Positions 1 through 9,753 of a DNA stretch of 64,000 nt are shown here, one piece after another. The stretch lies in the IMG/VR virus record IMGVR_UViG_3300013132_005385, positions 1 to 64,000 of that record; one strand, written 5' to 3'. Numbering within the stretch: position 1 is the first letter of the stretch; every line of letters begins with the position of its first letter. The position numbers were made by a program, and so were the translations under genes. A model generated the notes under the pieces. It was not told the DNA's origin. It did not search any database and saw only the letters and a program-made list of their open reading frames with translations. The stretch comes from a virus.

Positions 1-1
1 C

Positions 2-3000
2 TGAGGGAAGGTCCGAATTTAAAGTCGTGTATAATCTCCAACTTTTTTCAGAAGCGCAATAAAATAAAAGCCCATTCTGTCCAGGAGATCCATACTCAGT
101 GCATGCAATAAAGAGATCATTTGTCGATGGATTTTCTTCCATGAGATTGAAATCTACTATGGACGATGAGAGCACAGTGTTACCTGCGTTATCAGTAAAA
201 TCCCCAATATTATAAACTAAATTCTGACTGGAGTCTCTTTCATCCCAGTAAACCAATGGTGTTCCTGTTCCTTTGATCCCTATGTACCTTGATCCATTTT
301 CGGTGATCTCTATAAATGATGTGGACATTCCATTAGATGGCAGAGGACTATTGGTGCTATCAAATGCGTCCATATTGAGTCCATCAAATCTAACCAGATC
401 AGTTCCAGATATCCAGATATCTCCATTTAAGTCCCATGCCAAGGAGTATGGAATTCCTGATGATGGCGAAGAGACTGCAAACGGAACTGTGAAATGTGAA
501 TATCCAACATTTCTAGGACCAGGAATTGTTGATAAATCAGGCGAAATAGAATTTCCTGCAACATCGAAATTAAAAGGAAGCTCTGAATAGTTTCTGATTA
601 TGTACTCGAATTTGGATATTCCGGAATCATTCGAAGCATTAAGCTGGTCTGCAGCTTCTTTTAGATCCAAATAGGTGTTAGGTGGGGAATCTGTCTCTCC
701 AAGAATTATTCCCTCTGTATCCTTACCCACTTTTATTCTGTCTCCGTATTGCAGGGAATACATATTAAATCCGCCCAGCCAATCGTTGTGATAGTCATAC
801 ATGTCCCAAGTGTGAGCATAAGCTCCATCAAATTGAAAATCTTCAAAGACGTCCCAGCATAATTTTTTAGTTCCCCAGTATGATGCGTTAACCGTGGGAG
901 GTGCAGTTGTAAAATCGTATGCAACATACTCATCTTTTGAATTTTCTCCCCCTGAGAATGACACATTCGCTGAATATGATGAAATACATCCCGATGTTGT
1001 AATAGTAAGGATTTTACCATTCCAGGTAGATCCCGTGTCATTTGGAGCTCTCACTATTAAAGTTTTAGCCCCTGTATTGATTGTTGAATCTATTAATTGA
1101 TAAACTGTATAGTCTGGATATGTTACCAATGAATTTATTGCCTGATAAATCAGGGAAGAAACTGAATTAAGACTTCCGTCAAAATTCACATTAGTTATTT
1201 CTACACCATCCGCCTGTATGGTTATGTTGCCCGGTCCGTAAACGTATCCTCCCACAATAGCGGTGTTAATTAATTGTGGTATAGTAAAAATAGTGGGACT
1301 AACGATTGACGAAACTGGAAATAGTCCATATGGATTTCCTAGAGGATCGTATATCCAAACATTCTGTCCGGTAGAATATCCATGAGGGGTTGTTGTTTGT
1401 ACCTCCGCAGGCATACCAGGTGAAGGACTTACAATTTGCACAATACTAAATGAAATTGCTGTATAGTCAAAACCTGCTGTTGCTCTTATTTCAGGCTTAG
1501 CCGTGAGAATTTCACAGTTTTGTCCCTCATTAAAATTATTAGAATATTCCGGAAAATTACTAATAAACTGGGATATTTCCTGATCTTTTTCTCTGTGTTC
1601 CACCGGCCAAATCCATTGGGACTCATAATCAGACCAGGAGAGAACGGTGTTGTTCCAATCGTACTTTTCCGACTCCCTAAATCTCGTTATTGTGTTTAGC
1701 TCTATATCCCTGGATTTTACCTCTATTATGGATTTTTGAATTCCCAATGATATTGAGTTCAAGGTGTCCCAGACTCGACACTGAACATCATATTTTCCAA
1801 CATAGGGTAGGAAGTGAGGAAGAATCTCAAGTTCATTAATTTTTCCCCTATATGTGAAATAGTAAGGTCGATCATCAGATTTAGAAATAGTCCATTCAAT
1901 TTCATAGAAATCTAGATACTTGATTTTGTCCCAAGAATACGATCCTCCCGGACTTGCAAAATTCTGATACCAATCAAAAATGTACGGGTCACTAAACACG
2001 TTTACTGGTGAAACATACCACGAGTTAAATGTCCCACTTCCCGATGTGTATATGATATTAATATCAATTTGACCCGTTATGGAGTTATATCCCCCTGAGA
2101 TCACATATCCCAGCATAAATTCAGTTCCCGATTGATTTTGCACTCGGACAAAAAGAATCTCGGAACCAACAGTGGAAAAATAATCTTGTCCGGTTGGAAT
2201 GAAGAAAGTCTGAAGCGAGGGAACCAAAGCGGGAATCGTGACACTGGTTGAAGATGACTGAACCGATAATGGATATCCTGGATAGGGTGAAACTGTGGAA
2301 GAGTAATTAGCAACACTTAGTGATGTTGCTGGATAAACAGGGTTTAATCCCTCCCAATCACCATTTATTTCATCCCAGGAAAGGTCGAATGTTGTATTAG
2401 TTAAAACTATAGGACATCCAGCAGGGAAAACATAATCATTGCCATTTTTGAATAATTTATATCCAGGCGGATCGTAATCGCCATCACCTAAAAATTTAGG
2501 CATCTTATCATATTCAACATCAATATAAAACTGCTTAATAGATTCAGAAAGTGAACTTATAGAAGGATATTGATATTCCTGAAATGATGAATAAGGCTCT
2601 ATTATATTTCCGTAATGGCTTAACTCTGGAGTCTCAGGTAATCCATCAATAACTGGGTACTGAAATATATTAGGATTATTTCTAAGATAAAAAGGTCTAA
2701 GGTCTTCAACGTATCCATTTTCGGGAAGAATGTCAAACTTTACTTCTATACCAAGCTTAACCTCATCTATTTTAAGCTCATCATTCCACGCCCTCGTTTT
2801 GTATATTCCAAAATAAACTCCTTCCCCTGTTATATCTATAATTCTAGCATTTAGTGGAAGGTAATCCCTCTTTAATCTTTCTTTAAGTCCAAAAAGTTTT
2901 AAAAGAACCTCCTCCGGAGAAAACATAAAGGCATTCTCAACTTCTGGGTACCCATATTGATCTTCAGATCCATCTTCTTTAGTTCTATTTATGTCATAGA

Positions 3001-4048
3001 ATAGTCCAAAAAGGGATGTTTTTTTATATGATACACTTGGAAATATTTCCTCATATTTCTCTTTAAGTCCATAGGTTCCGTCTTTCTTTTTTCCATAGAT
3101 TTCTATCTGTTTGTACTTCCTATGGTTTTCATCCTCAAGAATATTCTGGATGGATTGCACAGACTTCTGATTACCATATTTTTTAAGAAAATTTTTATTC
3201 TGTTGTAATGGTGTAAGAGTTTTTCCCTCGTCTGCTTTTAGATTTAGCCAGTACTCTTTTATTCTTAAATCATAATATCCAAAAAATCTTATTGCATTAA
3301 TAAGGGACTTATAAGATCCTAAATAAGAATATATCTTATCGCCTTCTAATAGTAATTCTTTTCTTTTCTCGTTAATCTTTAACCAGTCAGGAAGTCCCTC
3401 TTTAGGATCAGTTTCCCTTAATAATTTGGAATCATCTGCAGTGAATTTTCTTCCAAAATTAGATAACAGTACAGAAAATCTATCATCCTCTCCCTCGACT
3501 TCACCATGAAAATCTATAACAAGTATTGTTTTAATATTGGTTAAGTCACTGCAGTCTTCCAGAATAAGCCTTCTGTCATAAATTCCCTCCTCTGATGATC
3601 TCAAAGCCACATTAATTTGGGCAGTGGATGAATTTATAAGACCAGTTATTCTAATCCCATCTGGAGTGGAAAAAGACTCAGATGGATCCTCATCAGGATA
3701 GATGTTTATCACATCAATATTATTAAGTACAGGGCTATCCAGATCCGGATCTATAGAAAGATCGTAAGTGAAAATTATATCAGAGACGTCTTTTTTTCCA
3801 TCGTATATAGAATCCCATCTGGCTCTCCATTCGCTTGTGCTGGGAACTGCGGGCGTATTATGGGGAAAACCATACACCAGATTCGCAGATAGATCGTAAA
3901 ACTTTTCCAGAACAAAAATGTGTTCTATCTCAAAGAGTTCCTCTGAGACTTTAGGAAAAAGAACGGTACCTTCCCAATAATCTCCATTCCATGTGAGATT
4001 ATACTGCTCCCCTTTTTTATTAAAGAATAAAAGATTTTGATATGGCAT
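2..4048 (-). CDS. Large baseplate wedge-type structural protein (gp7-like) with C-terminal beta-propeller-like repeats; runs off the left edge of the window
   Basis: Absent from the ORF track because it is truncated. ATG at 4048 overlaps the upstream stop (TAATG) and reads MPYQNLLFFNKKGEQYNLTWNGDYWEG... It contains LLEGDKIYSYLGSYKSLINAIRFFGYYDLRIKEYWLNL (wedge-like GSxxxxxxxxxFFG) and ends at the edge in SWRLYTTLNSDLPS (propeller-blade-like). Segments spot-translated, not every codon checked. Lies downstream of gp25/gp6-like genes. Confidence 0.7.
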   Translation of the reverse strand, partial: MPYQNLLFFNKKGEQYNLTWNGDYWEGTVLFPKVSEELFEIEHIFVLEKFYDLSANLVYGFPHNTPAVPSTSEWRARWDSIYDGKKDVSDIIFTYDLSIDPDLDSPVLNNIDVINIYPDEDPSESFSTPDGIRITGLINSSTAQINVALRSSEEGIYDRRLILEDCSDLTNIKTILVIDFHGEVEGEDDRFSVLLSNFGRKFTADDSKLLRETDPKEGLPDWLKINEKRKELLLEGDKIYSYLGSYKSLINAIRFFGYYDLRIKEYWLNLKADEGKTLTPLQQNKNFLKKYGNQKSVQSIQNILEDENHRKYKQIEIYGKKKDGTYGLKEKYEEIFPSVSYKKTSLFGLFYDINRTKEDGSEDQYGYPEVENAFMFSPEEVLLKLFGLKERLKRDYLPLNARIIDITGEGVYFGIYKTRAWNDELKIDEVKLGIEVKFDILPENGYVEDLRPFYLRNNPNIFQYPVIDGLPETPELSHYGNIIEPYSSFQEYQYPSISSLSESIKQFYIDVEYDKMPKFLGDGDYDPPGYKLFKNGNDYVFPAGCPIVLTNTTFDLSWDEINGDWEGLNPVYPATSLSVANYSSTVSPYPGYPLSVQSSSTSVTIPALVPSLQTFFIPTGQDYFSTVGSEILFVRVQNQSGTEFMLGYVISGGYNSITGQIDINIIYTSGSGTFNSWYVSPVNVFSDPYIFDWYQNFASPGGSYSWDKIKYLDFYEIEWTISKSDDRPYYFTYRGKINELEILPHFLPYVGKYDVQCRVWDTLNSISLGIQKSIIEVKSRDIELNTITRFRESEKYDWNNTVLSWSDYESQWIWPVEHREKDQEISQFISNFPEYSNNFNEGQNCEILTAKPEIRATAGFDYTAISFSIVQIVSPSPGMPAEVQTTTPHGYSTGQNVWIYDPLGNPYGLFPVSSIVSPTIFTIPQLINTAIVGGYVYGPGNITIQADGVEITNVNFDGSLNSVSSLIYQAINSLVTYPDYTVYQLIDSTINTGAKTLIVRAPNDTGSTWNGKILTITTSGCISSYSANVSFSGGENSKDEYVAYDFTTAPPTVNASYWGTKKLCWDVFEDFQFDGAYAHTWDMYDYHNDWLGGFNMYSLQYGDRIKVGKDTEGIILGETDSPPNTYLDLKEAADQLNASNDSGISKFEYIIRNYSELPFNFDVAGNSISPDLSTIPGPRNVGYSHFTVPFAVSSPSSGIPYSLAWDLNGDIWISGTDLVRFDGLNMDAFDSTNSPLPSNGMSTSFIEITENGSRYIGIKGTGTPLVYWDERDSSQNLVYNIGDFTDNAGNTVLSSSIVDFNLMEENPSTNDLFIACTEYGSPGQNGLLFYCASEKSWRLYTTLNSDLPS

Positions 4049-4296
4049 TATCTGACGTACTTGTTATTTTTAGGAACTGTATAGTTTATATAGTTCTTGA
4101 TGTATTTGGTAGTTTCAAAAATCTGATAAACTACAGCTTCTATGCTGGCTAGTATATCACTTCTGTCCTCATCTCCATTTAAAACCTGCGTTGATAAGGT
4201 GTTCTCAAATATTTTACCTTCATAGTCAAACCCTTTGTTTAGCCTAACATCATTTTGAGAATGTATAAAATCATATATGCTCTTTTTAGCTGCCAT
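4048..4296 (-). CDS. Small hypothetical protein in baseplate operon
   Basis: 82 aa ORF tightly coupled to both neighbours. Confidence 0.6.
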   Translation of the reverse strand: MAAKKSIYDFIHSQNDVRLNKGFDYEGKIFENTLSTQVLNGDEDRSDILASIEAVVYQIFETTKYIKNYINYTVPKNNKYVR

Positions 4297-4299
4297 GTC

Positions 4300-5994
4300 T
4301 TACTTGTTTTTTAGCGCATTTTTATTAAACTGATTAACCTGAGTATTGTGAGTTTGAGGTACTATTCCTCTAATATCTATATTGATTGAAGAAAGATTAT
4401 TCATATCTGCTCCTAAATCATAATAAATACGATTTCTATCTTCCCACCCTCCAGATATTATCACTATCTCGTCTTTCTGCATAATAATATCACCGAAATC
4501 ATCAAAACCCACCTCTTCTGCGCTTGCATTTTCTTTTTTGACTTTCTCGTTATTTTCTCCAACAAAATATAAAGAAACTGAGTCAACCCCGGAAACACTT
4601 TCTATGATGGCGATTAAGTCAGATCTAGGTATTTTATCTCTTCTTCTGATTGATAAAAAGTAATCGCTCATTAATGAAACAACCTCCGCTTTAATCGTTT
4701 CAGGATTATATCCTTCAAACATAGTTAGAACTATATTTACCACATATCTGCTAATAACCGGATCTAATATCTTTACTTCGGTGGTGACAACCATTTGACC
4801 ACTTTCATCCAAAAGATTTATGATGCTTTCCCTCTGTGAATTAGTTAGCTTGAATTCGCTCAATCCAATATCAAAATATGTTTCATTTGACTTTAATTTC
4901 TGGTTGATGTCCGGTACCAATATCAAATAAATTATATTATCATCGTCTAAATAATCATCATTAAATGTGGTAAATGCTTCTATGATTGAAAAAGCACCAA
5001 ATTTCTCAAAGAAAGTAATGTAATTATCAGGATTAGCAAGAACGAAGCTTCTCGATGTTTTTGGCGCTAATATTCTCGTCAGATCGATTGGCTCTTGGCT
5101 TGCTCCTAATTGAGGTGCAATAGTACATTGTATTGCTAAAGAGTCCTTGAGAGTAACCGTATTTCCAAAAAGATCAGTTCCATCCGATGTAAATTCCATA
5201 AGAGCAAGATATGCGTCGCTAACATTAACATTTCCCACGGACCCCGTCGATTCTATATAGTTAACTTCTATGATAGATCCGAGTTGAGGAGCTCTACCAA
5301 AATTGAAATTACCGAAGAAAATATCTATCCCCGATATCAACGAGTTTTTAACAATGTAGCTGTTGGAATTACGGGGCATATCATATAGAGATTCGTATCT
5401 TTTCCATTTTTGTCCATTGACTAAAACCTCAACCTCAAAATTCTCTATATTAGATGTTCCTCTTGAAGAAACATTATAACTCTGAAGAAATCTTCCGGTC
5501 CCGGTAAACTGCTGGGTTTTTCTAACGCCCTCTATAATGGTAGCAGTTATTTTGGAAGAGTTATTTAGGTTTATTCTGACATAATCTGAGGTCAGCTTAA
5601 TAATATAATTTGATCCATTATTTAAGCATTTAAGTTCCGAGTAATTGGGCAGAAGAACTGCTCCCCCTCTAATATCATCAAAATTTTTACCATTCCATGA
5701 TATTTCTATTTCGCCTTTTGCTGATATTGCTCTGGAAGCCGTGTGTCCCGCCAAAGCTGCTAATCCATAGACCGAAGCTTCCCTAGTCGCCTGATTTATG
5801 TTAAGCTCCGATATTGAGTCCTCTATAAAAAACAGAACTAACTGGACTAAATTTTCCAGGACGAAGATGATTTGTCCCCAAACCGATGCAACCGTGAAAA
5901 GTTGGGCAGATTGTGCATACCTATTCTGAACAAGAGTTAGGGTTTCGGATAGTAGCTCCGATATTTTTGCCTTATTTTTAGATAAAAAATCCAT
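4300..5994 (-). CDS. Baseplate wedge subunit (T4 gp6-like / baseplate J-like)
   Basis: ATREASVYGLAALAGH, IFFGNFNFGRAP, YIESTGSVGNV and LANPDNY motifs typical of gp6-like proteins. Start moved to MDFLSK (5994), just after the gp25-like stop. Confidence 0.8.
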   Translation of the reverse strand: MDFLSKNKAKISELLSETLTLVQNRYAQSAQLFTVASVWGQIIFVLENLVQLVLFFIEDSISELNINQATREASVYGLAALAGHTASRAISAKGEIEISWNGKNFDDIRGGAVLLPNYSELKCLNNGSNYIIKLTSDYVRINLNNSSKITATIIEGVRKTQQFTGTGRFLQSYNVSSRGTSNIENFEVEVLVNGQKWKRYESLYDMPRNSNSYIVKNSLISGIDIFFGNFNFGRAPQLGSIIEVNYIESTGSVGNVNVSDAYLALMEFTSDGTDLFGNTVTLKDSLAIQCTIAPQLGASQEPIDLTRILAPKTSRSFVLANPDNYITFFEKFGAFSIIEAFTTFNDDYLDDDNIIYLILVPDINQKLKSNETYFDIGLSEFKLTNSQRESIINLLDESGQMVVTTEVKILDPVISRYVVNIVLTMFEGYNPETIKAEVVSLMSDYFLSIRRRDKIPRSDLIAIIESVSGVDSVSLYFVGENNEKVKKENASAEEVGFDDFGDIIMQKDEIVIISGGWEDRNRIYYDLGADMNNLSSINIDIRGIVPQTHNTQVNQFNKNALKNK

Positions 5995-5996
5995 TC

Positions 5997-6368
5997 TTAT
6001 ATTATTTTTATTCCTAGTATTGGGTTTCCTTTTATAGCAAAATCTATAACGCAAGCATCCCTGTAATCTCCCTTAAAGAATCCCACCTTAAAATCCACTT
6101 GAAATGTCGATCTCGACAAGGGAACATATGTCATTAACTGCATTGCTATAGCTTGTTCAAGAGACGACTGATCCACTTCAAAATCAAAGATTAAAGATTC
6201 TAAGTCTATACCAAAATAAGGATCTCCCAGAACCTGTCCAGGTTTGGTGAGCATCACATTCTTGATCATACCAATAAGGATTTCGATCTCGTTGTTAGTC
6301 TCGAGATATCCCGGAGTATAATTAGGATCGTCCGGATTTCTTGGATATATTTCTACCATTCTAGCCAT
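5997..6368 (-). CDS. Baseplate wedge gp25-like (GPW/gp25) protein
   Basis: IKNVMLTKPGQVLGDPYFGIDLESLIF matches the gp25 TxxGExxxxPxFG motif; directly upstream of the gp6-like gene. Confidence 0.85.
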   Translation of the reverse strand: MARMVEIYPRNPDDPNYTPGYLETNNEIEILIGMIKNVMLTKPGQVLGDPYFGIDLESLIFDFEVDQSSLEQAIAMQLMTYVPLSRSTFQVDFKVGFFKGDYRDACVIDFAIKGNPILGIKII

Positions 6369-6376
6369 AGCTCTCT

Positions 6377-6384
6377 TATATATT
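6377..6384 (-). promoter_or_regulatory. Putative late promoter AATATATA
   Basis: 8 nt upstream of the gp25-like ATG; motif recurs before about 10 genes. Confidence 0.6.
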
Positions 6385-6439
6385 TGTTTTATTTAGAGAG
6401 CACTTATTTTAATGAAAGAAACCAATAACCTCGTTTGAA

Positions 6440-7504
6440 TTAGTTTAAACGAGGAGCAACGTGCTGTAGATCAAGTTCATCCAATAGGGTTTTAGCAGCC
6501 AGTCTTTGAATTTTAAGAACCATGCTGGAAGACACATTGAATTCCTGTGGCCTACTTGTAATATATGTTGCTGAATTGATAAGGTCAAAAGAATTTATTC
6601 CGGAATCTGCGGTGGAAAGCCATCTGTCAGATTTTTCAATGAAATCTTCTCCATATGACTTAACCAGGCGCGAAATTGAAAATCCCCCCTGTTCACCTCC
6701 CGGATTTATCGATAGCATTCTTGAAATCTCTGTTGATTCAGATTCTTCTAAAAGATTTCTGAATCTCATAAACTCTCTCACACTAGCATTATTCTGTTTC
6801 AGTCTTACTATGCCAACTTTTATATCATCTACTATAGTATAATCGGTGGTTCCAAGCTTCATCTGAAATGCTTTTTTTGGGCAATTTCCGTGAGAAATAG
6901 AATACTTGTTAGTTTTTACTGGTCTTACCATCCCGTTAGTACATATTACCCTTTCCATGTATGGCTCTAACATAACACCAAATGGATCTATGGTAACTGA
7001 ATGTCCGGTCTTCCAAACCTCGCCATATGGTAATTCGTGCGAACTATCATTTGTAAATTGAAGCACCAGCTTACCCTCACTAAAAACGGATGAGCTTAGA
7101 TTGACCTTTCTATCAGTTATCTGCGAAACAGAATTGGCTAGGGATTTACCAGTTTCATGATATACATTGGAATTATATACGGAAGAGACAGTTCTAACTT
7201 TCCTAATAATTCCATCATCAACATACATGGCCAATTCTTGATCAGAAAACATCCCGCAAAGAGACGATTTAACATCATCCCAGTTTTCCATGTTCGGACC
7301 GACTTTTCTAATAAATCCTTTTTTTATCTGCATGTTTTCTAGAAGATGTCTTGCAGCATCATCATCAACAGGGACTCCCGTAATGTGAACTTTACCATTA
7401 ATAATATCTAATGACTTACCGGATTCGAATTGAACGCTACGTCCAGCTGCTTTGCTAATAGCATCTATTATCTGTCCTGCAACTTCAAAATTCTTGTAAC
7501 TCAT
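6440..7504 (-). CDS. DUF932/DUF945-like protein
   Basis: ERVICTNGMV resembles the conserved RLVCxNG motif of DUF932. Confidence 0.5.
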   Translation of the reverse strand: MSYKNFEVAGQIIDAISKAAGRSVQFESGKSLDIINGKVHITGVPVDDDAARHLLENMQIKKGFIRKVGPNMENWDDVKSSLCGMFSDQELAMYVDDGIIRKVRTVSSVYNSNVYHETGKSLANSVSQITDRKVNLSSSVFSEGKLVLQFTNDSSHELPYGEVWKTGHSVTIDPFGVMLEPYMERVICTNGMVRPVKTNKYSISHGNCPKKAFQMKLGTTDYTIVDDIKVGIVRLKQNNASVREFMRFRNLLEESESTEISRMLSINPGGEQGGFSISRLVKSYGEDFIEKSDRWLSTADSGINSFDLINSATYITSRPQEFNVSSSMVLKIQRLAAKTLLDELDLQHVAPRLN

Positions 7505-7525
7505 ATTACAGAATCTGTATATTTT

Positions 7526-8302
7526 TTAATTCCATTGAAGGAAATAGCTTGGAGTATTCTCGTCTTTAATCTGAGCTAACACCTCAGCCTTCTCAGTTGT
7601 TCCTAAAGACTGTATGTTATTATAATTGATTCTAACCCCACCTGGAAGATTATATTCAAACATTCCTAAAAGACGTCCAATATTGATCTTGGCTTCGGCC
7701 AAGACATATCTCACGAAGAGTTCGTCATCATATAGTGATTCCTCAGGAATGTCGATAAAAGCCCTTATTCCAACATCTTTTCCGATAAGCTGAAAATTTT
7801 GGCTTCCGGTTCCAGCAGACGATCTCGATGGATCTCTTCCGAGTATCGTTAATCTCTTTGTATTTTTGTTATAGTTGAACGCAAACGTCTCTAAAAGGTA
7901 AGCCTTGGCTAGGTCAAAGAAAGAGTATAAAACTGTCCTATAAACTAAATTATCACCGACGAATGGAGATAACATAAGCTCAGATCCTAGAAGTTTAGAA
8001 TCACCGAAGTCTCTATCCGGGGTTCCTGTCAGACCGCTGGACTGTACTTCTCTTACATCATAGACAGATCTGACACAATCAGGAAGTTGTATCTGACGAG
8101 TTGCAGCAAAAGAAGGGGAAAGAAATAATTCTCTACCAAGAACGAATATTTTCTCTTCCACAGCATATTGGTAATTATCATACATAAAAGCCCGAGCTCT
8201 TTTGATGATCCTTTTAATTTCCTGCTCATTAAGATTATAAGGTAAAGCACATGAGTGTGAAAGCTCGTCCTTTACTTCCTGTATGAGTTGCTGTTCCGTC
8301 AT
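7526..8302 (-). CDS. Neck / head-tail connector protein (T4 gp13-like)
   Basis: RYVLAEAKINIGRLLGMFEYNLPGGVRINY resembles the gp13 C-terminal KxxWGxxLxKFxxxLPGGV motif. Confidence 0.7.
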   Translation of the reverse strand: MTEQQLIQEVKDELSHSCALPYNLNEQEIKRIIKRARAFMYDNYQYAVEEKIFVLGRELFLSPSFAATRQIQLPDCVRSVYDVREVQSSGLTGTPDRDFGDSKLLGSELMLSPFVGDNLVYRTVLYSFFDLAKAYLLETFAFNYNKNTKRLTILGRDPSRSSAGTGSQNFQLIGKDVGIRAFIDIPEESLYDDELFVRYVLAEAKINIGRLLGMFEYNLPGGVRINYNNIQSLGTTEKAEVLAQIKDENTPSYFLQWN

Positions 8303-9753
8303 TTTCTAAGATTATTTATCGGTCCCATTGCTCCGGGAATTCCGGTTGGTTTAGAATTTAAGTTCCTAAACATAGCACCCTGAGGTTTTTTAGCATCCTG
8401 GTAATTTCTATCTTTAAATTCCTGGGATATCTGTATTCCACTTTTCTTCTTTCCATCTGGTTTTTCCTCTACTATTTCCGTCTCGTCAGAAATAAAAGCA
8501 AGTTGGCCAATAAAACCAGATCTAATTATTCCTCCATTAACAGAGCAGTTAATTTCTTTTTCCCCGTTATCTATGTAAGAATCATTTATATCGTTTGTGA
8601 ATCTTAATTCACATTTAGAGAGCTTGCTCTTTGAGATCTTGTTATTCGTAATCACGTCACAATTTTCAAGATTTCCGCTTTCTATTTCACATCCAAAGAG
8701 TCTGCAATTGTATATGTTTCCCGCGATCTTACATTCAATTAGATCCATGTCTCTTAATAAATATGCCTTAGTGGTTTCGGCATCTTTAAGCTGAAATCTA
8801 GTGAGCTGCGTGTCATAATTCAGATATCCCTTAGTTATTTCATTTTCAACTATGACATCGTAAAGGACTTCCCTAATTTGGTTGAAATATGATTTGATGA
8901 TTTGTTGATCGGATTTGAGATCAACTAAAACACTAAGGCCCTGAAAATTCTTAAAAAATAATTCAGGTTCAACAAACGATGAAGACTCCTTGTAGATGTC
9001 ATTTAAGGATTTCTCAAGTTTGGAAGCCTCTGTCGGGGTAAACTCCTCATTAAAGAGAAGAACCTGGTGTGTATAGGAAACTATGTGATCCATAACTTCC
9101 TTGATTTGAATATACTTTCTTTGATAGTCCTTTCCTCCCAAGTATCTCACCTCAAAATATCCATCCTTAAGCTTAGTGAAATTAATTCCATTATTTTTTT
9201 CGGCAGGAACTTTATATTGGTTCTTATCAATATATGAAAGTTTACCCGGAGATAAAAACTTATTCGCAGGTACAACCTTTTTGATTGATTTAGCGTATAG
9301 AGAACCTTTTCTATTTGGAAACCTTTCCCAAATATAATCCTCATCAAAACCAAGTACGAATTTTAACAAATTGAGGGATTCTATACTAGGAAGGCTTGGG
9401 TATACGTCTTTATCAAAGCTAACTCCAAACTGAAATGCACATTTACTATCAGTATACCCATTTTCTTCTATCCATCTCAGTATTCTTATTAGGATAGGTA
9501 TAGCCTCAAAATAAGGAAGAGGACCCGTGATGAGTTCAGTCATCTTGGATCCTCCAGAATAATCAGGTTCTATTTTAAATTGTTCTCTTGTGGGAATAAA
9601 TCTCGAATGGTACTTTTTAAATACCCTAATCTTTTTTCCTATCTGTGGGGAAAGCTGCTCAGCGATCTCCTTTTTTGTGAAATGGGAATAGAATTCGAAT
9701 TCCATCCCAATCAGACAGGAACTAAAGAAATTATTGGCTAGTAGATTTTCCAA
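8299..9753 (-). CDS. Putative amidoligase (COOH-NH2 ligase type) family protein, possibly degenerate
   Basis: GMEFEF, EPDYS, TELITGP, INF and FEVRYLGG motifs; the usual CGxHxH reads KCAFQFGVS. Confidence 0.65.
   Translation of the reverse strand: MENLLANNFFSSCLIGMEFEFYSHFTKKEIAEQLSPQIGKKIRVFKKYHSRFIPTREQFKIEPDYSGGSKMTELITGPLPYFEAIPILIRILRWIEENGYTDSKCAFQFGVSFDKDVYPSLPSIESLNLLKFVLGFDEDYIWERFPNRKGSLYAKSIKKVVPANKFLSPGKLSYIDKNQYKVPAEKNNGINFTKLKDGYFEVRYLGGKDYQRKYIQIKEVMDHIVSYTHQVLLFNEEFTPTEASKLEKSLNDIYKESSSFVEPELFFKNFQGLSVLVDLKSDQQIIKSYFNQIREVLYDVIVENEITKGYLNYDTQLTRFQLKDAETTKAYLLRDMDLIECKIAGNIYNCRLFGCEIESGNLENCDVITNNKISKSKLSKCELRFTNDINDSYIDNGEKEINCSVNGGIIRSGFIGQLAFISDETEIVEEKPDGKKKSGIQISQEFKDRNYQDAKKPQGAMFRNLNSKPTGIPGAMGPINNLRK

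Noticed and set aside
1-4047. Apparent 4-kb ORF-poor region, and short ORFs 273..590, 733..1041, 894..1100, 2101..2316
   Set aside because: Occupied by one long minus-strand gene starting at 4048 that runs off the window edge; the short ORFs are shadows
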